Assembly: GCA_963668355.1 (NCBI GenBank)
Contig: OY764265.1
Coordinates: 1,408,001 to 1,472,000, forward strand
Source of the DNA: Bdellovibrionota bacterium
GTDB taxonomy: Bacteria > Bdellovibrionota_G > JALEGL01 > DATDPG01
Length of the DNA stretch: 64,000 nucleotides
Reading direction: 5' to 3'
The notes below the pieces were generated by a model that worked only from the letters and a program-made list of their open reading frames with translations, was not told where the DNA came from and ran no database searches. Each line of letters opens with the position of its first letter. Within the stretch, counting starts at the first letter, position 1. This document shows positions 35,141-44,222 of the stretch, piece by piece. The position numbers and the translations under genes were made by a program.

Positions 35141-35784
35141 CGGCAAAACGGTTTCAGTTTATTTTCCTACTTTTGGTCTGTGCCTTCTCGTCTTTGGTTT
35201 GGGCGCAAACGGAGAAAAAAAACGAAGAAGAAAAGAAGTTTCATGATGATCTCGAAGTGACGTCAGGTTTACGTCCTTTGCCCCGAGAGCTATACAGCCA
35301 TGATGTTCATGAAAAGCCTTTAACGGAACAAGGCTTCGATTGCACGCATTGTCACCCCTTTAAATTGGATTGGAATGAAAAGAAAGCGGGACATGTTCCC
35401 GAGTATGAAAGCCTTTTCATCAAACCGTTGAAGGACCTATGTCATGACTGTCATCGGAAAGAAGCTCGTGTTCGTAAAAATGTGTTCGTTTGTTATCTCT
35501 GTCATCACGATAACCGGGATATTCTTCCGAGTGACCATCGGAGTGGATGGTTGAAACAACATGGAAGCGTGGGAACGCTTTCGAAGCAGTGTCGAGACTG
35601 TCATGAAGACTCTTATTGTGTGGATTGTCACCGGCGCTTTGAGCCCGTTCGACCCAAGGTTCATTCTCGAAATTACCGTTTCTTCCATTCCATTGAAGGG
35701 CGAATGAGTCCAGCAAGTTGTTACTCATGTCATCGGCAATCCTCTTGTGTGGAGTGTCATAAGACGGGAAGGACGTTTCGATGA
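35137..35784 (+). CDS. Periplasmic heptaheme cytochrome c
   Basis: Signal peptide; 7 CxxCH; PSDH..GW...HG repeats. Confidence 0.88.
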   Translation: MTAKRFQFIFLLLVCAFSSLVWAQTEKKNEEEKKFHDDLEVTSGLRPLPRELYSHDVHEKPLTEQGFDCTHCHPFKLDWNEKKAGHVPEYESLFIKPLKDLCHDCHRKEARVRKNVFVCYLCHHDNRDILPSDHRSGWLKQHGSVGTLSKQCRDCHEDSYCVDCHRRFEPVRPKVHSRNYRFFHSIEGRMSPASCYSCHRQSSCVECHKTGRTFR

Positions 35785-36092
35785 GGTTTCGGAGTCATTG
35801 GTTGATCGTCGGTCTGGTTCTTCTTTTTTCGGCCTGTGAGGGAGAGCGGGGAAGCGAGTTTTATGGCGACTTGCTTAGTTCGCCTTTGGGGTTGACCCTT
35901 GCGCAGAGTGAGCATGAAACTGGTTGGGGACGAAGCGATTGTTATTCCTGTCATGCGACGGAGAATTTTCACATTCCTCGTCCCGAAAGACGAGATACGT
36001 ATGATATGGAAGCGATCCAACAGCAAGTAGAGGAAGAGGGGCTGTCTTCTTGTTCTTCTTGCCATGGGAATAATGGGGTAGTTTCTCCGTAA
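35781..36092 (+). CDS. Small diheme cytochrome c lipoprotein
   Basis: Lipobox LFSAC; CYSCH and CSSCH; ATGA overlap with the upstream gene. Confidence 0.85.
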   Translation: MRFRSHWLIVGLVLLFSACEGERGSEFYGDLLSSPLGLTLAQSEHETGWGRSDCYSCHATENFHIPRPERRDTYDMEAIQQQVEEEGLSSCSSCHGNNGVVSP

Positions 36093-36100
36093 GGAGTTGG

Positions 36101-37156
36101 TTGGAAATGAAACGGACGGACAGAAGAATTTTTCTCGCGATTCTCTTTGTGAGTCTGTGCGTGGGAATGGGAAACGGAAATGCGAAGGAAGAAAAGCACT
36201 CCGATCCCAACCGAAGTTGTACGTCCAAGGAATGTCATCCGGATGTGTTACAGCATGAGGTTTTGCATGGTCCTTTGGCCATTGGGCAATGCATGGTTTG
36301 TCACACGCCCATTCCTGAATCTGACCATAAGTTTAAACTTGCAGCCGACAAGCAACATCTCTGTAATCTCTGCCACAAACCTGTGGATAATGCCGCCAAC
36401 TTGCATGATCCAGTGAAAAAGGGAGAGTGCATGACCTGTCATGACCCCCATGGCTCTCACTCCAAAGCTCAGGTTCGAAAAGACTGGATTGCGAAGGTTT
36501 GCATTGATTGTCATAAAGATCCTGTCTTGACACATGCAGGAGAGGCAGATTTCCCTCACGCAAAGTTGCTGGAGGAAAAAAAATGTGTGAGTTGTCACTC
36601 CCCTCATTTTTCGAGTCATCCCCATCTCTTGCGTGACCATGTGGATCGTACCTGCTACACCTGCCATGAAGACCTTCAAAAGGAAGTGAAGGCGGCGAAG
36701 TTTGTTCATGGTCCAATTAAAGAGGGAGACTGTGGCTCTTGTCATTATACGCACGGAACAAAACACGCGGACTTCCTGCCCAAATTTTTGACGGAACGCT
36801 TCTATGCAGGCTTTGATTTGGACAATTTTGAGTTTTGTTTTTCATGTCATGAGCACAAAGAGCAATTGGTGACCGAGCGACGAACGGAAACGGGAACAAA
36901 CTTTAGGAATGGAAATTTAAATTTGCATTACGTGCATGTGAATCGTCCCTTCAAGGGGCGTACATGTCGGACCTGTCATGCGACCCATTCCGCTCCAAAC
37001 AAAGCCTTGGTGGCTCCGCAAATTCCTTTCGGAAAGTGGATGATTCCCATTCAATATACGGCCACGGATTCGGGAGGGGCGTGCTCCAGTGGATGTCACA
37101 AGCCGCTTCGTTATGACCGATTGGACCCGGTCGATTATCAAGAGAAGAAGCCGTAA
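36101..37156 (+). CDS. Periplasmic multiheme cytochrome c (9 CxxCH + CX4CH + CX3CH), doubled-CXXCH family
   Basis: H.P...G.C..CH.PH.S repeats; TNFRNG..NLH..HV motif. Confidence 0.9.
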   Translation: MEMKRTDRRIFLAILFVSLCVGMGNGNAKEEKHSDPNRSCTSKECHPDVLQHEVLHGPLAIGQCMVCHTPIPESDHKFKLAADKQHLCNLCHKPVDNAANLHDPVKKGECMTCHDPHGSHSKAQVRKDWIAKVCIDCHKDPVLTHAGEADFPHAKLLEEKKCVSCHSPHFSSHPHLLRDHVDRTCYTCHEDLQKEVKAAKFVHGPIKEGDCGSCHYTHGTKHADFLPKFLTERFYAGFDLDNFEFCFSCHEHKEQLVTERRTETGTNFRNGNLNLHYVHVNRPFKGRTCRTCHATHSAPNKALVAPQIPFGKWMIPIQYTATDSGGACSSGCHKPLRYDRLDPVDYQEKKP

Positions 37157-37170
37157 GAAGTTTTTCAATC

Positions 37171-39078
37171 CTATCTTGAAGAGGCCGTGCCCAGGCCAAT
37201 CATGATGGCATCATTTTGATAGTGACGACTTCCTTGCTTTTCTTCGTAACGGTAGCGAAAAGCCCCGATATCCAACCAAAGATTATGCTTTTTAGAAACT
37301 CGTGCTTTGAAATGGGGTTCAATTCTCCAGGCCTCAAACAAACTGGAATTGAGAACATGGGCCTGTAAACGAGCTTCCATTCCCTCTCTGGGTTTCCAGC
37401 TCGCATGCAAATGGTTGGAGCCATCTTGAAAATCCTCCATGCGCAGAACAGGCAAGATGTCCTCCGCTCCTTCATTGGTTTCTAGGAACAATGTTTGCGT
37501 TTCCATGTCTAGATAAGCCAGTCCCGCATGTAGGGAAAAGGCTGGGGAGTTGTATCCTCCGCCGAAGTAGATCGTTCGCAAGGTAGATTCAAAAATGGGT
37601 TGTACCCCATATTCAAGCGTTGTGTTCGTTTGATTCCGATGAGAGGCCGAGCTTTCCAGAAACCAACCACCCGTGTGTTGATAGCTCACGGAAGCTTTCG
37701 TCAATCGATCTTCCAAAGGGCTTTGTGTGGTGTAATCAGAATTTGCATCTCGCAAGACATGCTGTGTGGAAACCTTCCAACCATTTTCCTTAAAGACCAT
37801 GCCGGCTTCCAAAGCTTTCCCATCCTGGTTTGTTTGATCACTTTCCATGAAACCATTCGTGCTTTCGGCGCGTTCGATGGTTCGCTTGGAAATATCTCCA
37901 CCCAGCGTGAATGAAAAAGGACCCAGCGGACCGAAGTCCAGAGCAAGGTTGGCGCCTGTGTTTTGAAGATCAATCTGGCGCGTAGAAGTTTCTTCAACGA
38001 TCACGGGGAATTCAAAAACCATGGTTTCTTGGTGATTGAAGGAACTCGTTTCGATGGATTCCTGAAAATCTCGAACGGCGACACGAATGCGCGCGGGCAA
38101 ATGAGGAAATTGCCACGAACCCATGAGTTCCCCTCCCGTTACGGAGCGCTCTGCATCCGAAACATAGTGCGTATTTACATCGCGTTCGGCACCCGCAGGA
38201 CTCGTTTCAATGAGGTGTGTTCCTCCCGCGCTTTCCAAGGTTCTGTGGAGTCGGCGGTAATGCGCAACGATGTTGACGTCCCCCGTATATTGAAAGGAAA
38301 TTTTTGAATGGTGCAAATCTCCTTTGTGTTGGTCACTTCCTGCATATTGTGTGAGTTCCGTGAGGTCGCTGGAATCAAAGCCTTGAAGGGCATTTTCCAG
38401 GGGAGTTTGATTCTCTCTTTTGTCATGGGTTTGATAGGTATGATCCAGCACCAGACTCATACGCTCTCCGTTTAGCTCGGCGGATCCACCGTAATTTTTG
38501 GATTTCCAGGAGTTTTGATTGGTTAAGGCGAACTCATCCCAAGGATTATGAAAGGTTTCCCCCTCTCTTCCTTCCCAGCGGTGATTCCCGTATTTCATGC
38601 CAAGAACCACATTTTCGAGGGGAAAAATTTTAAGTGAAGATTGGGTACGTTTTCTTTGGGAGGCGGAACCGTGAAATCCGGCTAAAAAATCAGAGAGAGC
38701 GAAGACATCGTCATAGCGATGATGCCGAAGTTCAAATTGATACAGGCCTCTTTTTTTGACCGTAGCGCGATAATCTTGAGAAGGAACAGTCCCCTGGCTT
38801 CCCCATCCCTTGGCAGAAAGTGCGAGGGACTCAAAAAAACCATCTTTCTCTTTGCGCGTGATTTCGAGATGGTCCAAGTACCAGCCGCTGTCATCATTGG
38901 AATGGGTCCGACGCAGGTTCTCATCCCCTGAAACGGAAAAGCCTTGGTACCTCACTTCTCCTTCCCAATCGATGGAGACTTCTTTTTGCTTTTCCTCTGC
39001 CCATAGAAGCTGAGAGAGACCGAGGGTTAAAAGAATGGAGACCAGGACAATCGAAGCGATTCGCGTAAAGGAAATCAT
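37171..39078 (-). CDS. MtrB/PioB-like outer-membrane beta-barrel
   Basis: 635 aa with signal peptide; amphipathic strands; translationally coupled behind an MtrA/DmsE-like gene. Confidence 0.72.
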   Translation of the reverse strand: MISFTRIASIVLVSILLTLGLSQLLWAEEKQKEVSIDWEGEVRYQGFSVSGDENLRRTHSNDDSGWYLDHLEITRKEKDGFFESLALSAKGWGSQGTVPSQDYRATVKKRGLYQFELRHHRYDDVFALSDFLAGFHGSASQRKRTQSSLKIFPLENVVLGMKYGNHRWEGREGETFHNPWDEFALTNQNSWKSKNYGGSAELNGERMSLVLDHTYQTHDKRENQTPLENALQGFDSSDLTELTQYAGSDQHKGDLHHSKISFQYTGDVNIVAHYRRLHRTLESAGGTHLIETSPAGAERDVNTHYVSDAERSVTGGELMGSWQFPHLPARIRVAVRDFQESIETSSFNHQETMVFEFPVIVEETSTRQIDLQNTGANLALDFGPLGPFSFTLGGDISKRTIERAESTNGFMESDQTNQDGKALEAGMVFKENGWKVSTQHVLRDANSDYTTQSPLEDRLTKASVSYQHTGGWFLESSASHRNQTNTTLEYGVQPIFESTLRTIYFGGGYNSPAFSLHAGLAYLDMETQTLFLETNEGAEDILPVLRMEDFQDGSNHLHASWKPREGMEARLQAHVLNSSLFEAWRIEPHFKARVSKKHNLWLDIGAFRYRYEEKQGSRHYQNDAIMIGLGTASSR

Positions 39079-40142
39079 CGTCCCATCCTCCCGTCCTCAT
39101 GAGAACCGTGAAAGGAATCATGACAATCGATGCAGGATCTCATTCGTTTATCTTGATCTCCTAGATGCTGATCGCCGTGACAACTCAAGCAGAGGAATTG
39201 CGGAGATGACTCCAAAAGGCGAACTCGCGCAGGCGTGTGGGGCTGGTGACATTCAAGACATCCTTGTTCTCGTCCCGCTTCGTGAGGAAATGCATTCATG
39301 GAAGCTTTGTCTTCATGGCAGACGATACAGCGATCTGAATAACGGTCTTCAAACACATAGGGGCGACGTTCGTGTGGGTCATGGCAGTCCAAGCAATCGG
39401 CTTTGTCCATATGTCCGTTGGGGGCGTCGAATTCATGTTGTTCTTTCGCATGACAATCCACACAAAGGAGCGTGGGGCGATCAAAACGTTCGCTATGGAC
39501 CACATGACAGGTTATGCATTCCAACCCCTTTTGGCTGTGAGCACTCCAACGAAACTGAGCCACGTTTGGATTTCTTCCATGACAAACGAAACAGCGCTGC
39601 GATTTTTCGTGTTCTTCGGTTTGGGGCGCGGCGTGCGGGTTATGGCAGGCGATACAACTCCCGGTTTCCGGCATGGGGTGGTGATCCGAGGCGGGTTCAT
39701 CGTGACAGTTCAAACATAGACTTGGCAGTTCTTCGGTCAATAAATGATCGGCAACTTCAGAGTCCAAGTCCTCCACGTGAATGACATGACATTCCATACA
39801 CGAGAGTTCATTTTTTCCGTGGGGGCTTTGAGCATACTGGTCAATATGAGCGGTGTGGGTGTGGCAGGCGATGCATCGACCGGCATCAAAGCGAATGATG
39901 AGCTCTGGATCTCCCTCGTCCACGTGAGCCGATGCGGGTCCGTGGCAGCGTTGGCAATCGACGGGGTCTGAAATTTCTCCTTCAGAGAAGGGGTGGAGGG
40001 TGTGAAATTCGTCGTGGCAATCCGTACAAGAGGCGTAATCCGCATCAATATAATCCGCCTCGTATTCCTGGGGAAATGCAGAAGAAATTCCCAAGCCCAG
40101 CCCAATGGAAATAAAAAGAAATAATTTCAACAACTTCGACAT
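39075..40142 (-). CDS. MtrA/DmsE-like periplasmic cytochrome with 14 CxxCH
   Basis: CQRCHGPASAH, S.H....LSC..CH.IH, FPHE...QGC..CH.PH and LC..CH patterns of the DmsE family; start ATG 40142. Confidence 0.85.
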   Translation of the reverse strand: MSKLLKLFLFISIGLGLGISSAFPQEYEADYIDADYASCTDCHDEFHTLHPFSEGEISDPVDCQRCHGPASAHVDEGDPELIIRFDAGRCIACHTHTAHIDQYAQSPHGKNELSCMECHVIHVEDLDSEVADHLLTEELPSLCLNCHDEPASDHHPMPETGSCIACHNPHAAPQTEEHEKSQRCFVCHGRNPNVAQFRWSAHSQKGLECITCHVVHSERFDRPTLLCVDCHAKEQHEFDAPNGHMDKADCLDCHDPHERRPYVFEDRYSDRCIVCHEDKASMNAFPHEAGREQGCLECHQPHTPARVRLLESSPQFLCLSCHGDQHLGDQDKRMRSCIDCHDSFHGSHEDGRMGR

Positions 40143-40194
40143 CCAGCACAATCCTTTTGAATAACCCAAATCGGCAGCTACATAACACTACGCG

Positions 40195-40959
40195 TTATTC
40201 TGTGTCAATTGGGTCTTTTGGGGGAGAATCTTCAATGTTTTCAAGAGGTTCCTCGAGTGGTTGGGGAGAGTTTTCCCTCTCCAAAATCTCTTCATACTCC
40301 AGAGGATGTTCATGCTTCATGCGATGTTCTGACATCCGACCGGTAAAAATAACGGTGTCCAGGGGAAACACCTCGGGATTGATTGTCACGGAATAGATAT
40401 GCCAGAAAAGAATGACGGAAAACGCGAGAAAGGCCTCACTGCTATGAGCCACTCGGGATATGGGAATGACTTCGGCGGGAATGACCATGGACAGATAGTT
40501 GGGAAGCCAGAGAGCCAGACCTGTGAAGATCATGAGGGCTCCGCCGACAATCAATCCCCAGTATTCAAATTTTTGTTTCCACTCGAATCGACCGTAGCGA
40601 GGGGAATGGTTCGTGAGGCGTACACAATAGAGAAAGGACTGGACTGCATCTTTGGCATCTTTCAGTGTGGGAACGATGGCGGGGACTTTTCGTTTAATGA
40701 GTACGTAGTACAACCCGTAAAGCATGTGAAGGCCGAATTGAACGGCAAACAACAAACCGAAGAAGCGATGGACATTTCGAGTTTGGTTGATTCCGCCCAG
40801 AGATTCCACGATCCATTTCGAGATGGAGGCATCGTAGAATTTTTGGGGAAGACCTGTGATGACCAACGCGAAAAAGCCAACGAGCATCAATAAATGTTCG
40901 AATCTTCGTACGAGCGAAAACCGAATGAAGACTCTGGGCTTCTTTGTGGACTCACTCAT
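40195..40959 (-). CDS. FdnI/HydC-type cytochrome b (CbcL C-terminal-like)
   Basis: RFS...RFEH, ITGLPQKF, RNVHR, YGRF.W.QKFEYW, AHSSEA.LA...I..WHIY and EHPLEY motifs. Confidence 0.88.
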   Translation of the reverse strand: MSESTKKPRVFIRFSLVRRFEHLLMLVGFFALVITGLPQKFYDASISKWIVESLGGINQTRNVHRFFGLLFAVQFGLHMLYGLYYVLIKRKVPAIVPTLKDAKDAVQSFLYCVRLTNHSPRYGRFEWKQKFEYWGLIVGGALMIFTGLALWLPNYLSMVIPAEVIPISRVAHSSEAFLAFSVILFWHIYSVTINPEVFPLDTVIFTGRMSEHRMKHEHPLEYEEILERENSPQPLEEPLENIEDSPPKDPIDTE

Positions 40960-42328
40960 CGTGTGAACCTCCGTGTCCCAGATAACGGAAGAAGTGAACC
41001 ACTAGGTGAATGGCCAGTCCTCCCAAAGTGAATGGAATCATAAACCAGTAAAAAAGCTTGAAGAGGAAAACAAATGGATGCTTGGTCAAAGACGGTCGGT
41101 AATGGGACAGCCAGGCAGCCGTGAAGTTTTCCGGAACATTCTCATGACATTTGAGACACATTTGATGAACCTGTTTTCGGTCAATGGCCCCTCCCTCACC
41201 ATTGGCTTTTTGAATTCCATGATACCCATGGCAATCCACACACACCGCCTCAATTCTCTTGGGCGGCCTCTTTTTACTGTCTTCATAAAACTGGATGGTA
41301 ACGCCGTGAAAATCATTGAGATAGGTTTCGTAAACATCCGCTCGGAGCCCATACTTTGACATGAGTTCTTCGTTTGCATGGCATTTGGCACAAACACGTG
41401 GAGAGGCCACTCGTTCTTTGGCTTTATGGGGATCCTGATTGGCATGAGGCAAGTGGCAGTCCATGCAACCGGGAACGTCCACATTGTTGTCCTCGATTAA
41501 AGCATGCCCATGAACACTTTTTCGATACTCTTGAAAAACGTCTTCGTGACATTTTCCGCAGGTTGTTACGGCTTGAAACTTGGCCACTTCAAAAGATGGC
41601 ATTCGATGCACAGGGTGACAGTCGGTGCACACGGGCGCATCTTGATTTCCCCCTTGCAGAGATTTAAAATGAACCCCATCGGTCAATCCTTGGTACTGTT
41701 TTTCATGACAATCTTTGCACAGTTCGTATCTTTGGAGACGATAGTGTTTCACACTTTCAAACGTGCTGATTTGCGGATGAAAATCTTTGGTGTAGTTTTT
41801 GTGACAGCCAGTGCAAGGAACCGCCAGTGCATGAACATCCAATAAATAAAAATGCTTGGGGGAGATGTCGATGTTCAATAACTCCCCATTTCCAAGGAGG
41901 ACATGGGTTTCATTCTTGGAATGACATTCAAAGCAAACACGGTTTAAGTTTTTGATTTCCTTTTCAGTGTAAACTTTTTCCTCTGCCTGACTCATCGAAA
42001 AGGGGATCAAGCAGAAGACAAGGAACCAGATCATTTTCTTGCCGCGTAGCTTTTGTCGAAAGAAATAAAGAATTCCTACGAAGGCGAGGCCGGGAACAAA
42101 CATCATGAAAACGGTCGCAAGGATGGGAAATAACGCAGGAACCAAGAGGATGGGCGTTTTCAAAAACAAGTCAGAGGAAGATCCTGGAAGCCGTTCCTTG
42201 GATGTCTGTGTGAAAAAAAACTCGATGGCAAAAATGGAAAAATAGGCTCCCTTGGGAACGTCTTGTCCCCCTTCATAGAGCCATCTTCCGAAGAATTTTC
42301 GGGCCCATTTTTCGACGATTTCCCTCAC
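40952..42328 (-). CDS. Nonaheme cytochrome c with C-terminal TM (CbcL N-terminal-like), preceded in frame by a small membrane domain
   Basis: 9 CxxCH; SVHG.AL...N.D.P.C.DCH and TY...FHG motifs; start uncertain (GTG 42328 or internal MIWFLVF); the ORF-track start overlaps the PilZ gene. Confidence 0.82.
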   Translation of the reverse strand: MREIVEKWARKFFGRWLYEGGQDVPKGAYFSIFAIEFFFTQTSKERLPGSSSDLFLKTPILLVPALFPILATVFMMFVPGLAFVGILYFFRQKLRGKKMIWFLVFCLIPFSMSQAEEKVYTEKEIKNLNRVCFECHSKNETHVLLGNGELLNIDISPKHFYLLDVHALAVPCTGCHKNYTKDFHPQISTFESVKHYRLQRYELCKDCHEKQYQGLTDGVHFKSLQGGNQDAPVCTDCHPVHRMPSFEVAKFQAVTTCGKCHEDVFQEYRKSVHGHALIEDNNVDVPGCMDCHLPHANQDPHKAKERVASPRVCAKCHANEELMSKYGLRADVYETYLNDFHGVTIQFYEDSKKRPPKRIEAVCVDCHGYHGIQKANGEGGAIDRKQVHQMCLKCHENVPENFTAAWLSHYRPSLTKHPFVFLFKLFYWFMIPFTLGGLAIHLVVHFFRYLGHGGSHDE

Positions 42329-42416
42329 GAAGTAGGGGAACATCCTTGAAAACGAAATGTGAGTCAACCTCGGAATGGGGCTTGGCAGGCTTTGCAGCAT
42401 TCGATAAATAGGACTC

Positions 42417-42764
42417 ATGCAGTCCCCAGATCGACGTAGTTGTCCCCGAGTTCCCGTTTCCATGCGCATTGCAGATGCGATGCAAGAAACCATTGGCTTT
42501 GGTTACGCACAGAACATTTCCGAAATGGGTTTGGCCATTGATGCGAAAGCGCTTACCGGAAAGGAAGCCCTTCCTCAAATCGGAACGCTCTTACAGATGA
42601 GGTTCAAATTGCCGAAGAGCCAGTTGGTGATCACGGCGCAGGGACGAGTGGTTCGGGTGGCGGATGATGGAGACTTTCCACGCATCGCGATGGAATTTGT
42701 CCACCTCTCTTCAGACTTTCGAGCCGAAATTGAACGGTACATCAGCTCTGAGCTTGCCGTATAG
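42417..42764 (+). CDS. PilZ-domain c-di-GMP receptor
   Basis: DRRSCPRVP (RxxxR) and NISEMGL (D/NxSxxG) motifs; GRVVR. Confidence 0.88.
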   Translation: MQSPDRRSCPRVPVSMRIADAMQETIGFGYAQNISEMGLAIDAKALTGKEALPQIGTLLQMRFKLPKSQLVITAQGRVVRVADDGDFPRIAMEFVHLSSDFRAEIERYISSELAV

Positions 42765-42801
42765 GGCCTTAACATATGTGACCATACATTGCATTGGAAA
42801 G

Positions 42802-43010
42802 TTATCCACAACTGGGGATAAGCAAATGTCCCGGTGGAACCCCCTAAAAAGCTGAGAAATTCCTTCCTCAGTGAGCTTATAAGTTATTGAAGTAATTTGG
42901 AAAAATTGGATTTTCCCTCAATTGTGGGGCTCCGAAGCCGGTTTGGAGGAAATGAAGGGGAAAATTTGGATCAGGATTCTTTCGACCTTTTCCACAGTTT
43001 GTGTGGACAA
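42802..43010. promoter_or_regulatory. Cluster of DnaA boxes in two inverted pairs with an IHF-like site
   Basis: TTATCCACA 42802, TGGGGATAA 42813, TTTTCCACA 42988, TGTGGACAA 43002; TAAGTTATTGAAG near 42880. Confidence 0.6.
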
Positions 43011-43324
43011 TTGAGCCATTCGTATCTCCCTACGCCATCAACGGGCAGAGCACGTATCGAGCTTTTTGGGAATTTTGCTTTCGATTTCGTTGTTTCATTT
43101 CTGCCTCCTAACCTCTCTTCTCCTTCTCTTCCCTCATACATAGAGCGAGTTTTATGCCAAGGTCGGATAAAAACAAAACCGAATGATTCCAGGTAAGTAT
43201 GAAGATTTACAAGAAGGGGAGGCCAGGAAAAAAGGAAACCGGTGGAAAAATGCACCAGAAATGGTGTCAAGGAGACACTCCAATTCTTTACCGAGTCTGC
43301 GATTTAGTTTAGGAATGCCGGCTT

Positions 43325-44197
43325 ATGAGCCGATTGGTTAGCATTGATTTCAAAATTGTGCCGTCTGAAAAAGCGGTGGTTTCCGTGATGGACCGCAGTT
43401 TTCTTTATGGAGACAGCATCTACGAAGCGGTGAGGGCATATCAGGGAACAAAACCCTTTTTGTTGGACCGGCATTACGCTCGTCTCTTGAGATCAGCCGA
43501 TCGAATAGGGCTTCATGTGCCGTTCTCGGAAAAAGATTTGAGGTCGCATCTGGATGAGTTGTTGAGTCAAGTGGATCATGGCGATTCCTATGTTCGAATT
43601 GTCGTCACTCGGGGAATAGATGATCGTTTCGATGTTGCTCCTCATGAGGGGCTCAAACCACTGACAGTCATTTTTGTGAATCCCGTTCACCAATATGCCA
43701 AGAGTTTATATGAGGATGGATTGAACGTGGCCTTGGTTTCCGTGAGACGAAATCTTCCATCTGCCGTGGATCCCAACATCAAAACCGGAAACTATATGAA
43801 CAACGTGATTGCCAAGATCGAGGCCCAATCTCGAGGAGCCAACGATGCCATCATGTTGAATCATGAAGATTGCGTCACCGAATGCACGACAAGCAACCTC
43901 TTCGTGGTGAAGGACGGTGTGGTCATGACGCCGGAAGTTCGAAGTGGATTGTTGGAAGGTGTTTCTCGTCGGTTGCTTTTGGATCTTCTGAAACGTGAAG
44001 ACATTCCTTTTCGAGAGACCCTCATTTCGAAGGAAAGCTTTCTTCAATCCGACGAAATTTTCGTCACGAGTACGACCAAGGAAATTATGCCCGTTACGAT
44101 GGTTGACGACCGACCCGTGGGAAGTGGAAAGCCAGGGGAAATGACTCAAAAACTCATGGGTCTTTTTCATGAAGAAGTCTGTCGACTTCTTTCCTAA
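43325..44197 (+). CDS. Class IV PLP aminotransferase (branched-chain/D-amino acid/PabC family)
   Basis: DRSFLYGDSIYE, IKTGNY, ECTTSNLF and LLEGVSR motifs. Confidence 0.93.
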   Translation: MSRLVSIDFKIVPSEKAVVSVMDRSFLYGDSIYEAVRAYQGTKPFLLDRHYARLLRSADRIGLHVPFSEKDLRSHLDELLSQVDHGDSYVRIVVTRGIDDRFDVAPHEGLKPLTVIFVNPVHQYAKSLYEDGLNVALVSVRRNLPSAVDPNIKTGNYMNNVIAKIEAQSRGANDAIMLNHEDCVTECTTSNLFVVKDGVVMTPEVRSGLLEGVSRRLLLDLLKREDIPFRETLISKESFLQSDEIFVTSTTKEIMPVTMVDDRPVGSGKPGEMTQKLMGLFHEEVCRLLS

Positions 44198-44222
44198 AGT
44201 GCATTGGGTTCAATGAACTTCG

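Noticed and set aside
42329..42493. N-terminal 55 aa of the 513-aa ORF
   Set aside because: Overlaps the well-supported PilZ gene on the opposite strand; the real start must be downstream
42897..43270. ORFs 42897-43196 and 42971-43270
   Set aside because: No recognisable protein features; they overlap the DnaA-box intergenic region
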